A stretch of 64,000 nucleotides of DNA from Armatimonadota bacterium (lineage in GTDB: Bacteria > Armatimonadota > SYMT01): NCBI GenBank assembly GCA_046292385.1, contig JBKBRF010000013.1:32001-96000 (forward strand), given 5' to 3'. The notes under the pieces were generated by a model that did no database searches, was not told the origin of the DNA, and saw only the letters and a program-made list of their open reading frames with translations. Positions 1 through 10,301 of this stretch are shown here, piece by piece (the stretch's first letter is position 1; each line of letters opens with the position of its first letter). The translations under genes were made by a program, and so were the position numbers.

Positions 1-1734
1 CGGAACAAGGTCGAGAAGGAGATGGGCGATACCCAGCGGGAGTTCATCCTGCGGGAGCAGCTCAAGGCGATCCAGCAGGAGCTGGGCGAGCGGGACGAGC
101 GCGGCTCCGAGATCGAAGAGTACCGGGAGAAGATCCAGAACGCCAAGATGCCAGAAGAGGTGGAAGAGCGCGCCCTGAAGGAGCTCGACCGCCTGGAGAA
201 GATGCCGTTCCAGGCGCCGGAAGGCGTGGTGGTGCGGACCTATCTCGACTGGCTCACCGCCCTGCCGTGGTCCGTCTGCTCCGAAGAGACGCTGGAGATG
301 GACAAGGCGCAGGAGACGCTGGACGAGGACCACTACGGCCTGGCGAAGGTGAAGGAGCGGATCCTGGAGTTCCTGGCGGTCCGCAAGCTCTCCAAGGAGA
401 TGCGCGGCCCCATCCTCTGCTTCGTGGGTCCTCCCGGGGTCGGCAAGACCTCCATCGGCAAGAGCATCGCCCGGGCGCTGGGACGCAAGTTCATCCGCGT
501 CTCTCTCGGCGGCGTGCGGGACGAGGCGGAGATCCGCGGCCACCGGCGCACCTACATCGGCGCGCTCCCCGGCCGCATCATCCAGGGGATCAAGACGACC
601 GCCACCAAGAATCCGGTCTTCATGCTGGACGAGATCGACAAGCTCGGGATGGACTTCCGCGGCGACCCGTCGTCCGCGCTCCTGGAAGCGCTCGATCCGG
701 AGCAGAACAACGCCTTCAGCGATCACTACCTGGAGGTGCCGTTCGACCTCTCCGACGTGATGTTCATCACCACGGCGAACCTGCTCGACCCGATCCCGGC
801 GGCGCTGAAGGACCGCATGGAGGTGATCCAGTTCCCCGGCTACACGGAGGAAGAGAAGCTCGCCATCGCGCGGGACTTCCTGCTCCCCAAGCAGCGCAAG
901 GAGAACGGCATCACCGAAGAGCACCTGCAGGCGACCGAGGCCGCCCTAATGCAGGTGATCCGCGAGTACACGCGCGAGGCGGGCGTCCGGAACCTGGAGC
1001 GGGAGATCGGCACCCTTTGCCGCAAGATCGCCAAGAACGTCGCCAGCGGGCAGGACGAGCTGGTGAAGCTGGACGAGGGCGACCTGAAGCCGTACCTCGG
1101 CCCGCGCCGCTTCCACTACGGACGCGCGGAGGAGAAGGACGAGATCGGCGCGGCGACCGGCCTGGTCTACACTGAGTTCGGAGGCGACGTGGTGGCGGTC
1201 GAGGCGAGCGTCCTCGCCTTCCACGAGCTGAAGCTCACCCTCACCGGGCAGCTGGGCGAGGTGATGAAGGAGAGCGGCATGGCGGCGATGAGCTACGTCC
1301 GCTCCCGCGCGCGCCTGCTCGGCTTCGACGAATCGCTCTTCGAACGGAGCGAAGTCCACATCCACGTGCCCGCCGGCGCGGTGCCGAAAGACGGCCCGAG
1401 CGCCGGCATCACCCTCGCCACCGCCCTCACGAGCGCCGTGACCAAGCGCCCCGTGAAGAAGGATGTCGCCATGACCGGCGAGATCACCCTCCGGGGCAAG
1501 GTGCTGCCGATCGGCGGGGTGAAGGAGAAGGTGCTGGCCGCCCACCGCGCCGGCATCCGCACCGTGATCCTTCCCGCGGAGAACGAGCGCGACCTGGAGG
1601 AGCTTCCGGAGAAGGTGCGCGCGGAGCTGAAGTTCCACCTGGTCGACCACATGGACCAGGTAATCCCGCTCGCCCTCCAGGACGCCCCCCGGCCCAGCCC
1701 CGCCTACGTAGGAGCGAAACCGGCTACCGCTTGA
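1..1734 (+). CDS. lon: ATP-dependent Lon protease (endopeptidase La), 5' end outside window
   Basis: Walker [30 protein letters not shown], catalytic PKDGPSAG and Lys in GGVKEK; frame open to base 1. Confidence 0.98.
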   Translation, partial: RNKVEKEMGDTQREFILREQLKAIQQELGERDERGSEIEEYREKIQNAKMPEEVEERALKELDRLEKMPFQAPEGVVVRTYLDWLTALPWSVCSEETLEMDKAQETLDEDHYGLAKVKERILEFLAVRKLSKEMRGPILCFVGPPGVGKTSIGKSIARALGRKFIRVSLGGVRDEAEIRGHRRTYIGALPGRIIQGIKTTATKNPVFMLDEIDKLGMDFRGDPSSALLEALDPEQNNAFSDHYLEVPFDLSDVMFITTANLLDPIPAALKDRMEVIQFPGYTEEEKLAIARDFLLPKQRKENGITEEHLQATEAALMQVIREYTREAGVRNLEREIGTLCRKIAKNVASGQDELVKLDEGDLKPYLGPRRFHYGRAEEKDEIGAATGLVYTEFGGDVVAVEASVLAFHELKLTLTGQLGEVMKESGMAAMSYVRSRARLLGFDESLFERSEVHIHVPAGAVPKDGPSAGITLATALTSAVTKRPVKKDVAMTGEITLRGKVLPIGGVKEKVLAAHRAGIRTVILPAENERDLEELPEKVRAELKFHLVDHMDQVIPLALQDAPRPSPAYVGAKPATA

Positions 1735-1737
1735 GGA

Positions 1738-1770
1738 AGGGTCTAGGGTTTAGGGGGATAGGGTATCTGG
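1738..1770 (+). repeat. Heptamer (NNAGGGN) tandem repeat with G-quadruplex pattern
   Basis: agggtctagggtttagggggatagggtatctggg; same unit as the arms at 56216-56344. Confidence 0.7.
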
Positions 1771-1920
1771 GACGGCTGCTCCGCGGCCGTCCCTCTGCAT
1801 TCGTGGAGCGAGGTGGAGCTTGCAGGTTATGCCGGAGTGACGCGCTTGCGCGGCCTCCCTACCAGTGAGCGGCTACTCTCGCCGAATGGCAGGCGGTCGG
1901 CGTCTCGCTGACTCCCGGAC

Positions 1921-2004
1921 CAGAGTAGGATTCCGAGTAGGAGTAAGAGTAGGAGTCCGGGCTCGGGAGGCTGCCCATCCCCCTCATCCCCGTCCCCCAT
2001 CCCC
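1921..2004 (+). repeat. Dispersed repeat family E: (gagtag/gagtaa)n plus ggctgcccatccccctcatcccc
   Basis: 23 nt at 1969-1991 identical to 59773-59795, both preceded by GAG-hexamer runs. Confidence 0.75.
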
Positions 2005-2034
2005 TTATCTCCTGAAAAAGGTTCGGAGATTCCC

Positions 2035-2487
2035 ATGGCAAAGGTCCCGCGTCCCATCATTACGGTTCATGGCGAGGACGTGAACCTGGAGGTGCCCGGC
2101 ATCCTCACGCTGCGTGCCAACTTCCTCTCGGAAGGGCTCTTCGACGAGGCGGCGCAGGGGGACCCGGACGAGGAGGACCTGTATGAGATCGAGCTGACCG
2201 ACGAGTCAGATGACGCGCCGATCCCGATCTCGTTCACCCGGCTGGCGCAGTCGGCCCCCGACGCCTGGCTGGCGGAAGTCGACGAAGACGAGCCGGAGGC
2301 GCCGCGCAGCCTGCCGATCGAGGGGTTTCTACTGGCGCTGGCGTGGCAGCTCGCGCACACCGACCCGTCGGAGTGGTACCCGCTCTGTGAGAGCGCCCGC
2401 CGGTGGGACGGCTGGACAATCGACGACCAGCTCGAGCGCCTCCCCGCCGACTGGACCCCCGCCTCCCTGCCGCCCACGGACGATTAA
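2035..2487 (+). CDS. Hypothetical acidic protein (150 aa)
   Basis: GGAG RBS before ATG, host-like codon usage, D/E-rich; no family recognised. Confidence 0.75.
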   Translation: MAKVPRPIITVHGEDVNLEVPGILTLRANFLSEGLFDEAAQGDPDEEDLYEIELTDESDDAPIPISFTRLAQSAPDAWLAEVDEDEPEAPRSLPIEGFLLALAWQLAHTDPSEWYPLCESARRWDGWTIDDQLERLPADWTPASLPPTDD

Positions 2488-2586
2488 GAGCGCTGTCGCC
2501 GGCCCGCGCAAGTAAACTCGGCGCTGGCGGTTCCAGCCTTCGCGCTCTTCCCTCCCTTCGCGCCTTCGCGTCCGTTCGGAAGGGAT

Positions 2587-4053
2587 TCACGCCAGCAGGC
2601 CGGGTACCACCTCTCCGTGGACGTCGGTGAGGCGCCGCTGGATGCCGTTGTGGTAGTAGGTGAGCCGCTTGTGATCGAGGCCCAGCAGGTGCAGGATCGT
2701 GGCATGAAGGTCGTGGACCGTTACCGGGTCGCGCCCCACGGCGTAGCCCACCTCGTCGCTCTCGCCGTGGGTGTAGCCGGGCTTCAGGCCGGCGCCGGCC
2801 ATCCAGCAGGTGAAGGCGTGCTGGTGGTGGTCGCGGCCGCGGGCGCCGACGCCCTGCGTAAACGGCGTGCGGCCGAACTCGGTGGTCCAGACCAGCAGCG
2901 TGTCGTCGAGTAGCCCGCGCTGCTTCAGGTCGCGCAGGAGACCGGCGACCGGCTGATCCATGCTCCCCGCTTCCTGGGTGTGGTTCTGGACCAGGTCTTC
3001 GTGGGCGTCCCAGTTGATGCGCGGCGAGGCGAAGGCGCCGCCGTGGTAGAGCTGCACGAAGCGGACCCCTCGCTCCACCAGCCGCCGGGCGAGCAGGCAG
3101 TTCCGGCCGAAGCCGGCGGTCGGCGCATCGTCCAGCCCGTACAGCGCGCGGGTCTGCGGCGTCTCGTCATCCAGGCGGGTCACTTCCGGGATGCTGAGCT
3201 GCATCCGCGCCGCCAGCTCGTAGCTCCGGATCCGCGCGGCGACGCTCCCCTCCCCCTCCACCTCGCGCTGGAACTCCCGGTCGATCTCCGCCAGCAGCCG
3301 CCGGCTGGCGCGCTCGGTGGCGTCCGGAACCGCGCGCGCAGGGAAGAGGTTCGGGATCGGGTCCCCCTGGGTGCGGAACGCCACGCCCTGGTAGGCCGCG
3401 GGGAGAAACCCGGCGGTCCAGTTGGTGGCGGCGCCGGCCGGGAGCTGCCGCGGGTCCGGAAGGACCACGAAGGCGGGGAGGTCTCGCGACTCGCTGCCGA
3501 GGCCGTAAGTCACCCAGGAGCCCATGCTCGGAAAGCCGTTCAGGGTGAACCCGGAGTTCATCATGAAGGTGGCGGGCGTGTGGTTGTTGCTCTTGGAGAC
3601 CATCGAGTTGACGATCGTCATCTCGTCCACGCAGCCGGCCAGGTGCGGGAGCAGGTCGCTCACCGCGTGCCCGCACTGGCCGCGCTTCGCAAACTTCCAC
3701 GGGCTCTTCATCAGGTTGCCCGGCTGCGCGAAGAAGGTGTCGACCTTCCCCTTCCCGGTCAGCGGCTTTCCGTGGAGGCGCTCCAGCTCCGGCTTGTAGT
3801 CGAGCGTGTCGACGTGGCTCACCCCGCCGCACAGGAAGATCTGGATCACCCGCTTCACCTTCGGGGCGAAGTGCGGGGGGCGCGGGGCAAACGGGTCGGG
3901 GGACGCCGCCGGCGCGGCCAGGGCGGCCGACTGCGACTCCAGCCAGGCCAGGGCGATGCCGCCCAGCCCGCCGCCGGCCCGCCAGAGCAGCTCCCGGCGG
4001 CTCAAGCCGGCCCGCTCCATTCCCGAGCAGGGAGTGGTTCGACGCGGCCTCAT
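2587..4053 (-). CDS. DUF1501 domain protein with Tat-like signal
   Basis: SRRELL twin-Arg, KRVIQIFLCGGVSHVDTLD, ARRLVERGVRFVQL, WDAH, EFGRTP, GRDHH. Confidence 0.93.
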   Translation of the reverse strand: MRPRRTTPCSGMERAGLSRRELLWRAGGGLGGIALAWLESQSAALAAPAASPDPFAPRPPHFAPKVKRVIQIFLCGGVSHVDTLDYKPELERLHGKPLTGKGKVDTFFAQPGNLMKSPWKFAKRGQCGHAVSDLLPHLAGCVDEMTIVNSMVSKSNNHTPATFMMNSGFTLNGFPSMGSWVTYGLGSESRDLPAFVVLPDPRQLPAGAATNWTAGFLPAAYQGVAFRTQGDPIPNLFPARAVPDATERASRRLLAEIDREFQREVEGEGSVAARIRSYELAARMQLSIPEVTRLDDETPQTRALYGLDDAPTAGFGRNCLLARRLVERGVRFVQLYHGGAFASPRINWDAHEDLVQNHTQEAGSMDQPVAGLLRDLKQRGLLDDTLLVWTTEFGRTPFTQGVGARGRDHHQHAFTCWMAGAGLKPGYTHGESDEVGYAVGRDPVTVHDLHATILHLLGLDHKRLTYYHNGIQRRLTDVHGEVVPGLLA

Positions 4054-4068
4054 GGGAGTCTCCCGGGA

Positions 4069-7000
4069 TCAGCGGACATAGACGAGCTCGCTGGCGTTGA
4101 AGAGCACGCGGCAGAGGGCCGGGAGGCCTTGTTCGCGCGCGAACGCGACCGCTCGCCCGGTCTCCGCGGCCGTGGGCGCGCGCGCGAAGAGGAGCTGGTA
4201 GGCGCGCTCCACCTGCCGCGCCGGGTGCGGGCCCGCCTCCCGCTCCAGCCGCGCCGCCAGCGCCTCCGACTGGCGCAGCACGAACGAGTCGTTCAACAGC
4301 GTCAGCGCCTGCAGCGGCGTGGTGGTGGAGCTCCGGCGCGGGGTCTTCACGCTCGGGTCCGGACAGTCGAATGCCTCCAGCAGCGGCACGCCGGTTCCGT
4401 TCAATACCGTCCGGTAGATGCTGCGGCGCTGGTACTCCGGCCCGGTGCGGTCCTCGTAGTTGTAAAAGTGGCTGTTGCTGATCGTGATGCTGAACGGCCG
4501 GAAGCCGGGCCCCTCCGCTTCCAGGTTGAGCTGGCCGCTCACCGCCAGCATCGCGTCCCGCAGCTCTTCCGCCTGGAGGCGCCGCGGCGCCTGCCGCCAG
4601 AGCAGCCGGTTCTCCGCATCGACCGCCGACGCGCGCGGATCGAGCCGCCCCGCCTGCTTGTAGGTGTTCGAGGTGACGATCAACCGATGCAACCGCTTCA
4701 CCCGCCATCCGAAACCCTCTTGAGGGATGAAGGATGAGGGAAGAGGGATGAATCTCGAACCCTTACTCCCGGAGGCGACGGCTGGCCCACGCAAAGCGGC
4801 GGCTCGGACTCCCGCTGTCCCTCTGTCTCTCTGTCTCTCCGTCCCTCTGTGGTCTCTCCGTCTCTCTGTCGCGTCCGCACCAGCGGCAGCTGGCGTCGCG
4901 AAAACAGAGGCGAGGAAGTCGAGGAGCTCCGGGTGCGAGGGCAAATCGCCGGAACGGCCGAGATCGCTGGGGCTGGGGGCGAGCGGGGCGCCGAAGTGGT
5001 GCTGCCAGACACGATTCACCAGCGTCCGGGGCGTGAGAGGATTCTTCGGGTGCGTGAGCCACTCCGCCAGCTTGCGGCGGCGCTCCGCGTCCGGGGCATC
5101 GGGCGAAAGGCCGAAGTCGGCGGAGAGGCCCGGAATGGCGGAGAGCCCGCCGGGCGAGAGCAGCTCTCCCCGGGCCTCGACGTCGCCGCGGTGGAGCAGG
5201 TAGACCTTCGGCGCGGTCTGCGCCACGGCGGCGTAGACGAGCGGCGGAGCCTGCAGGCCCTTTAGCTCCGCCATCAGGCGGTCCCGCTCGGCCTGATGCC
5301 GGGCGCGCTCCGCCCGCTCCGCAGGGTTCAGCGCGCCGAGCAGCTCTGCCCCGGGAATCTCCTCGATTCCCTCGCGGAAGGAGGCGGCGACTTCCTCCGC
5401 CGTAAGGGCCCGGGTGTAGACGCGCGCTTCTTCGATCTCGCCCGAGAGTCGGTCCCTCGCGCCGGTGTGCCGCAGGCCGAAGAGGACGCGGCTGCTGCCT
5501 GCAGGATAGGTGTGGAGCCGCGCCTCCGGCACGTAGCTCTCGCCGTAGGGCTGCCCGTTTCGATAGAGCGAAATGCGACCGTCCGCCGCGTAGGTGATCG
5601 CCAGGTGGACTCGCTCGCCCGCGCGGGTCTCCGGCGCCACGCTCCGATCCTGCGTCCGCCGGAAGTTCTCGCTGCCCGCCATCCACCGTCTGGGCTGGCG
5701 CTCCCCGAAGACGATCGCGTCGAACGCACCGCCCTCCGGGGTCTCCACCGTCAGCGCGCTGCCGCCCTTCTGATCCAGGTCGGCCAGGCGGACCCACGCC
5801 TCCAGCGTCTTCGCGCCGAGCTCGAACGGCAGCGGCGGCGACTCCGCGGCCGCGGTGCCGCTCAGCACCAGGCGCCCGCCGCTCACCGCCGCGCCGCCGG
5901 AGAGGCGAAGCTCCACGCCCGCGGCTTCGTCGCGGGTGCTCGACTCGAAGCTCCAGCGCAGCGCGGGGCGGACCGTCGCCTCCGCCGGGGCCGGTTCGCC
6001 GCGGGCGGCGCGGACCCGCTTTCGGGCCTCACGATCGAACCGGTCGACCGCCGCCTCCGCGTCGGCCACGCGCTCCCGCACGCCCTGCGCTTCCCGCTCC
6101 CGCGCCGCCTGCTCGGAGCCGGAGAGCGCGGGACGGTTCCCCGCGGTCACGCCGGCGAGGGCCGCCTGCAGGCGGAAGTAGTCTGCCTGGGGGATCGGGT
6201 CGAACTTGTGGTCGTGGCAGCGGGCGCAGTTGACCGTCATGCCGAGGAAGGTCTGGCCGACCGCCGCAACGATCTCCTCCAGCTCGTCCTCTCGCGCTCG
6301 GGCTCGCATTACCGGGCTCGCCTGGGAGAGGCCCACCTCATCCCGCGGACCCGCCACCAGGAACCCCGTGGCGACCACGCTCTCCCCGGTGGCGTCCGGC
6401 AGCACGTCGCCCGCCACCTGCTCCCGCACGAAGCGGTCGTACGGTTTGTCCGCATTGAACGCCCGGATCACGTAGTCGCGGTACCGCCAGGCATGGTCGC
6501 GCAGCTTGTCCCGCTCGAAGCCGTCACTCTCCGCGAACCGCGCCAGGTCGAGCCAGTGGCGCGCCCACCGTTCACCGTAGCGGGGCGAGGCGAGGAGCCG
6601 ATCGACGAGCCGATCGTAGGCATCGGGCCGGCGGTCCGAGACGAACGCCTCCACTTCCTCCGGAGTCGGGGGCAGCCCAATCAGGTCGAACGAGAGCCGC
6701 CGGATCAATGTGCGGCGGTCCGCCGTGGGGGCCGGGGAGAGGCCCTGCGCCTCCAGCCGCGCCAGCACGAAGGCGTCGATCGGGCTGCGGACCCATGCCG
6801 CGCGGCGGACCCGCGGCATGGCCGGACGCCGGAGGGGCCGCAGCGACCACCACGAGCTCTCCTCACTCCCCGGCCACTGCGCCCCGGCCGCGATCCATCG
6901 CCGCAGCACCTCCTGCTCCGCGGCGGGCAGCGGGCTGCCGGGCGGCATCCGCAGTCCCTCGGTGGCGGCGACCAGGCGATAGAGCGGGCTCTCCGCCGGC

Positions 7001-7284
7001 TTCCCCGGCACGACCGCCGGCCCGCCCTTTCCGCCCTTCAGCGCTCCCTCCCGGGTCCGGAGATCGAGCGGAGAGCTGGAGCCGCCGCTGTGGCACTGGA
7101 AGCAGCGGCGAGCCAGGATCCCGTGCGCCTGCTGGACCAGCGAGCCCGCAGCCCGCCTGGCCGGCTCGGAGGGTGCGGCGTAGGAGACGGCGACGAGAGG
7201 ACAGAGAGCGGCCATGGCGGCTGCCGTGGTGAGGCAGCTTCGCAAACGCGAGGACCGGCTCCGGCAATGGCCGCGGCGTTGCAT
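4069..7284 (-). CDS. Planctomycete-type cytochrome c / DUF1549 (PSD2) / LamG-like / DUF1553 (PSD1) protein; start may be 7216
   Basis: CFQCH and CARCHDHKFDP, SPRYGERWARHWLD, PSHPELLD, RRSIY, LamG-like central domain; directly upstream of DUF1501 as usual for this family. Confidence 0.92.
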   Translation of the reverse strand: MQRRGHCRSRSSRLRSCLTTAAAMAALCPLVAVSYAAPSEPARRAAGSLVQQAHGILARRCFQCHSGGSSSPLDLRTREGALKGGKGGPAVVPGKPAESPLYRLVAATEGLRMPPGSPLPAAEQEVLRRWIAAGAQWPGSEESSWWSLRPLRRPAMPRVRRAAWVRSPIDAFVLARLEAQGLSPAPTADRRTLIRRLSFDLIGLPPTPEEVEAFVSDRRPDAYDRLVDRLLASPRYGERWARHWLDLARFAESDGFERDKLRDHAWRYRDYVIRAFNADKPYDRFVREQVAGDVLPDATGESVVATGFLVAGPRDEVGLSQASPVMRARAREDELEEIVAAVGQTFLGMTVNCARCHDHKFDPIPQADYFRLQAALAGVTAGNRPALSGSEQAAREREAQGVRERVADAEAAVDRFDREARKRVRAARGEPAPAEATVRPALRWSFESSTRDEAAGVELRLSGGAAVSGGRLVLSGTAAAESPPLPFELGAKTLEAWVRLADLDQKGGSALTVETPEGGAFDAIVFGERQPRRWMAGSENFRRTQDRSVAPETRAGERVHLAITYAADGRISLYRNGQPYGESYVPEARLHTYPAGSSRVLFGLRHTGARDRLSGEIEEARVYTRALTAEEVAASFREGIEEIPGAELLGALNPAERAERARHQAERDRLMAELKGLQAPPLVYAAVAQTAPKVYLLHRGDVEARGELLSPGGLSAIPGLSADFGLSPDAPDAERRRKLAEWLTHPKNPLTPRTLVNRVWQHHFGAPLAPSPSDLGRSGDLPSHPELLDFLASVFATPAAAGADATERRRDHRGTERQRDRGTAGVRAAALRGPAVASGSKGSRFIPLPSSFIPQEGFGWRVKRLHRLIVTSNTYKQAGRLDPRASAVDAENRLLWRQAPRRLQAEELRDAMLAVSGQLNLEAEGPGFRPFSITISNSHFYNYEDRTGPEYQRRSIYRTVLNGTGVPLLEAFDCPDPSVKTPRRSSTTTPLQALTLLNDSFVLRQSEALAARLEREAGPHPARQVERAYQLLFARAPTAAETGRAVAFAREQGLPALCRVLFNASELVYVR
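4717..4900 (-). repeat. In-frame insertion of intergenic-type repeats within the DUF1553 domain
   Basis: About 60 extra codons between PELLDFLASVF and GWRVKRLHRLIV, made of (gagagaca/gagggaca) octamers and (ttcatcc) heptamers; 4722-4763 matches intergenic 8969-9016. Confidence 0.8.
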
Positions 7285-7369
7285 GCGAGTGGGTATCTCC
7301 GGCCCCGGTGCTGGGCCCGCGGGGGCGGGCTCAGCTCTTCGCAGCCTCAGGCGCCAGCCCGAGGAGAAG

Positions 7370-8707
7370 CTACCCCACCAGCTCGCGGATCGGCTCGTGG
7401 CCCGGCATCAGGTAGTGCGGACGGCCGACGCTGTCGATCACCTCGGTACTGGCGATGTCGATCCCCAGGTTGTGGTAGAGCGTGGCGAAGACGTCCCGGA
7501 AATGCAGGGGTCGCTCGTCCGCGTAGCCGCCGTCCGGCGTGGTGGAGCCGATCACCTGTCCGTTCTTCATCCCACCGCACGCCAGCAGCGCGGCGCCCAC
7601 CGGCGGCCAGTGGTCGCGTCCCGCGTCTTTGTTGATGCGCGGCGTGCGGCCGAACTCGCCCCAGACGATGACGCTGACGTCCTTGTCCATGCCGCGGTCG
7701 TGCAGGTCGGTCACCAGGCCGGTTACCGCCTGGTCGAGGGTCGGCAGGTGCGTCTTGAGCTGGCCGAAGTTGTTGCCGTGGTAGTCCCAGCGGCCGTAGC
7801 CGAGCGTCACGCAGCGCACGCCGGCTTCCACCAGGCGGCGCGCCACCACGACCTGGTCGTTCCAGCAGGGGCCGCCGTCGTCCACGTTCTTCGGGCTGCC
7901 GCGGCCGTACAGCTCGCGGATCTTCTGCGGCTCCCGCTCCACGTCGAGCGCCTCCTGCAGCTTGCGGGAGGTGAGCATGTCGAAGACCTGCTGCTGCACC
8001 TCGCCGACGCCTTCGAGCACCGGCTCGCTCTCGCGCTTGAAGCGGTCGACCGCCGCCAGGAGCCGGCGCCGGTCGCGCAGGCGCTCCAGGGAGACGCCCT
8101 TCAGCGTCATGTCTTCCATCACCGGCCCGTTCGGCTGGAACGGGTTGTACGGCAGACCCAGAAAGCCCCCGTCACCCGGGTGCGCCCACGGGGAGTGACC
8201 CATCTTTACGGAAAGGCCGACGAACGGCGGCACGGTCGGATCGACCGGTCCCTTGAGCCGCGCCACCACGGAGCCGAGCGCCGGCACCGGGTTGTTGCGC
8301 AGCTCCGCCAGCGTGAAGCCGTGGTTGCAGATCTGGGAGGCGTGCTCGTCCCGGGCGCCGACCAGCGAGCGGATGATGGTGAACTTGTCCATCATCTTCG
8401 CCAGCCGCGGCATGTGCTCGGTGACCTGGATCCCGTCGACGTTGGTCCCGATCGGCTTGAACTCACCCCGGATCTCGGACGGCGCATCCGGCTTGAGGTC
8501 CCACATGTCCTGGTGCGGCGGGCCGCCGCACAGGAAGATCATGATGACCGCCTTGTGCGAGTTGCGGGTGCCGGCGCGCGCCTCCGCCGCCAGGATGTCG
8601 GCCATCGTCATCCCGCCGAGCGCCAGGCCGCCGATCTTCAGAAACTCGCGCCGGTTGATACCGTCGCAGAACTGCCCGCCTCTTCCGCCCGCTGTGATCG
8701 TCAACAT
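7370..8707 (-). CDS. DUF1501 domain protein
   Basis: NRREFLKIG, IMIFLCGGPPHQDMWDLKPDAPSEIRGEF, ARRLVEAGVRCVT, WGEFGRTP, GRDHWP. Confidence 0.93.
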   Translation of the reverse strand: MLTITAGGRGGQFCDGINRREFLKIGGLALGGMTMADILAAEARAGTRNSHKAVIMIFLCGGPPHQDMWDLKPDAPSEIRGEFKPIGTNVDGIQVTEHMPRLAKMMDKFTIIRSLVGARDEHASQICNHGFTLAELRNNPVPALGSVVARLKGPVDPTVPPFVGLSVKMGHSPWAHPGDGGFLGLPYNPFQPNGPVMEDMTLKGVSLERLRDRRRLLAAVDRFKRESEPVLEGVGEVQQQVFDMLTSRKLQEALDVEREPQKIRELYGRGSPKNVDDGGPCWNDQVVVARRLVEAGVRCVTLGYGRWDYHGNNFGQLKTHLPTLDQAVTGLVTDLHDRGMDKDVSVIVWGEFGRTPRINKDAGRDHWPPVGAALLACGGMKNGQVIGSTTPDGGYADERPLHFRDVFATLYHNLGIDIASTEVIDSVGRPHYLMPGHEPIRELVG

Positions 8708-8968
8708 CGCCGGAGCCTTCCCCGCTGCTCACCGCCGGCCCCGGAGCAAACCGCTCGAGCCAGCGCTGTCCCCCATCGATCCAGAGCCTGTGACACCCGC
8801 GCCGGTGAGTAAGTTACACCCGCCTTCCGAAGACGGAGCGCCCCTGGGCAGCCTCATTCTGCAGCGCCGTAGCCCGGGCGGCCATCGCCGGAGGTAGCTC
8901 GAGCTCGCGACGACGTGCCGGAATGGCGTAGATCGCCAGCGCGCAAGAGCAGGACCTCCCGGTTACGG

Positions 8969-9016
8969 AGGGTTCGAATTCATCCCTCATCGTTCATCCT
9001 TCATCCTTCATCCTTC
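8969..9016 (+). repeat. Heptamer tandem repeat (ttcatcc)n
   Basis: agggttcgaattcatccctcatcgttcatccttcatccttcatccttc. Confidence 0.8.
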
Positions 9017-9091
9017 GAATGCCCTCTGCACGTTCATTGCCGGCCCGGCACGTACCAGTACCGGGTGCGAATCTCGCCGTTCACGCCACGT

Positions 9092-9115
9092 GTTTGGCCC
9101 GCGCCCGCCGGGTAA
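9092..9115 (+). promoter_or_regulatory. SigB/SigF-type promoter candidate
   Basis: GTTT-N14-GGGTAA, about 60 nt before ORF 9179. Confidence 0.55.
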
Positions 9116-9178
9116 ACGGATTCTGAGCCGGGCGCCGCCGGGCTCTTGAAGCACTGAAAACTACGAGAGGAACGTCCG

Positions 9179-9442
9179 ATGACTGATACGCGATTGAAGG
9201 AGGAGCGCCGGCACGCAACCGCGGTCACCCCCCACGTGGAGGAGCCGCTGCCGATTACGGTAGTGCCGGACTGGGAGCAGCAGGTGCAGCGCGCCGGCGA
9301 GCTGTGCCGCCTGGTGGACCGCCACCTCGACTACGAGGCCCGGGGCCGGCTGCTCGCAGACCTGCGCGACTTTCGTCCCCAGCACCTCTGCCCGGAGCAG
9401 CGGGTACAGATGGTGAGCGACTGCTACGGCGGCACCCGGTAG
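9179..9442 (+). CDS. Small hypothetical protein (87 aa)
   Basis: GAGGA RBS, host-like codons, upstream promoter motif. Confidence 0.65.
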   Translation: MTDTRLKEERRHATAVTPHVEEPLPITVVPDWEQQVQRAGELCRLVDRHLDYEARGRLLADLRDFRPQHLCPEQRVQMVSDCYGGTR

Positions 9443-9540
9443 GCTGCTGCCGCGCCGATGAAGAATCTCACCGCGGCCCGTCCGGTGGCGGGCGGGCCGT
9501 GCCGCAACGGCGAGCCCGTTGCTCATCCGGACCGGTCCGG

Positions 9541-9984
9541 CTACCGCTCGAATTCCGCGCCCAGCTTGCGCGGGTTGAAGAGAAAGGGCCAGCGCGTCTG
9601 CCGCGAGTAGGTGGCGCCGCGGAGACTGATCGCCCGGAGGTCCGCGCCGCGGAAGTCGCTGCCGCGGAGGTCCGCTTCGTCCAGGAGCACCTCGTAGAGG
9701 CTCGCCTGCCGGAGATCGGCCCCCCGGACAGAGGCCATGCGCATGTTCGCTCGCGCGAGCTGCGCGCCCCGCAGGGAGGCGCCGTCGAGCCGGGTGGTAT
9801 AGAGATCGGCCGTGCCCAGGTGGGCACCGTCCAGTAGGGCGTTAGCCAGGTTCGCCCCTCGCAGCGTGGCCTGCCGGAGATAGGCACCCCGCAGATCCTT
9901 ACCGCTCAGGTCCACCCCTTCCAGAGAGTCTGCCTCCACTACCAGCAGAATCTCCTCCGTATCCCGATGCCTGATCTCGATCAC
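9541..9984 (-). CDS. Pentapeptide repeat protein
   Basis: Tandem A(D/N)LxG-type pentapeptides; probable GTG start at 9984 (VIEIRHRD) with GGAG upstream. Confidence 0.88.
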   Translation of the reverse strand: MIEIRHRDTEEILLVVEADSLEGVDLSGKDLRGAYLRQATLRGANLANALLDGAHLGTADLYTTRLDGASLRGAQLARANMRMASVRGADLRQASLYEVLLDEADLRGSDFRGADLRAISLRGATYSRQTRWPFLFNPRKLGAEFER

Positions 9985-10212
9985 AGGAGGTAGCCGCTCC
10001 GCCCTAAAAGTCAGCTGCTCAGCTCGTCGTTCACTCGTCTTCAATGGCTTACAGGCAGCGTCCGTGCCGGTGACTTGGCCGGAATCTGCCCATAGTCGTG
10101 CGGAGCCCGTGTCGAATCGTCTGCCGCCGCCTAGCTCCTGGCTCGCGGCCGGTGAAGTATACCACGATGCCACCCGGGCCACGCGCCGCGCCCCGCCGCC
10201 GCCCGCCCGGGC

Positions 10213-10239
10213 GTTTGGCCCCATTTCGGCGAGGGGTAC
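10213..10239 (+). promoter_or_regulatory. SigB/SigF-type promoter candidate
   Basis: GTTT-N17-GGGTAC before the PRC-barrel gene. Confidence 0.55.
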
Positions 10240-10301
10240 AACCGGGCGACAGGGCGGAACCGGACTCGGGGGAGCCACGAGTTAGAGAAGGGGGAGAGAA
10301 G

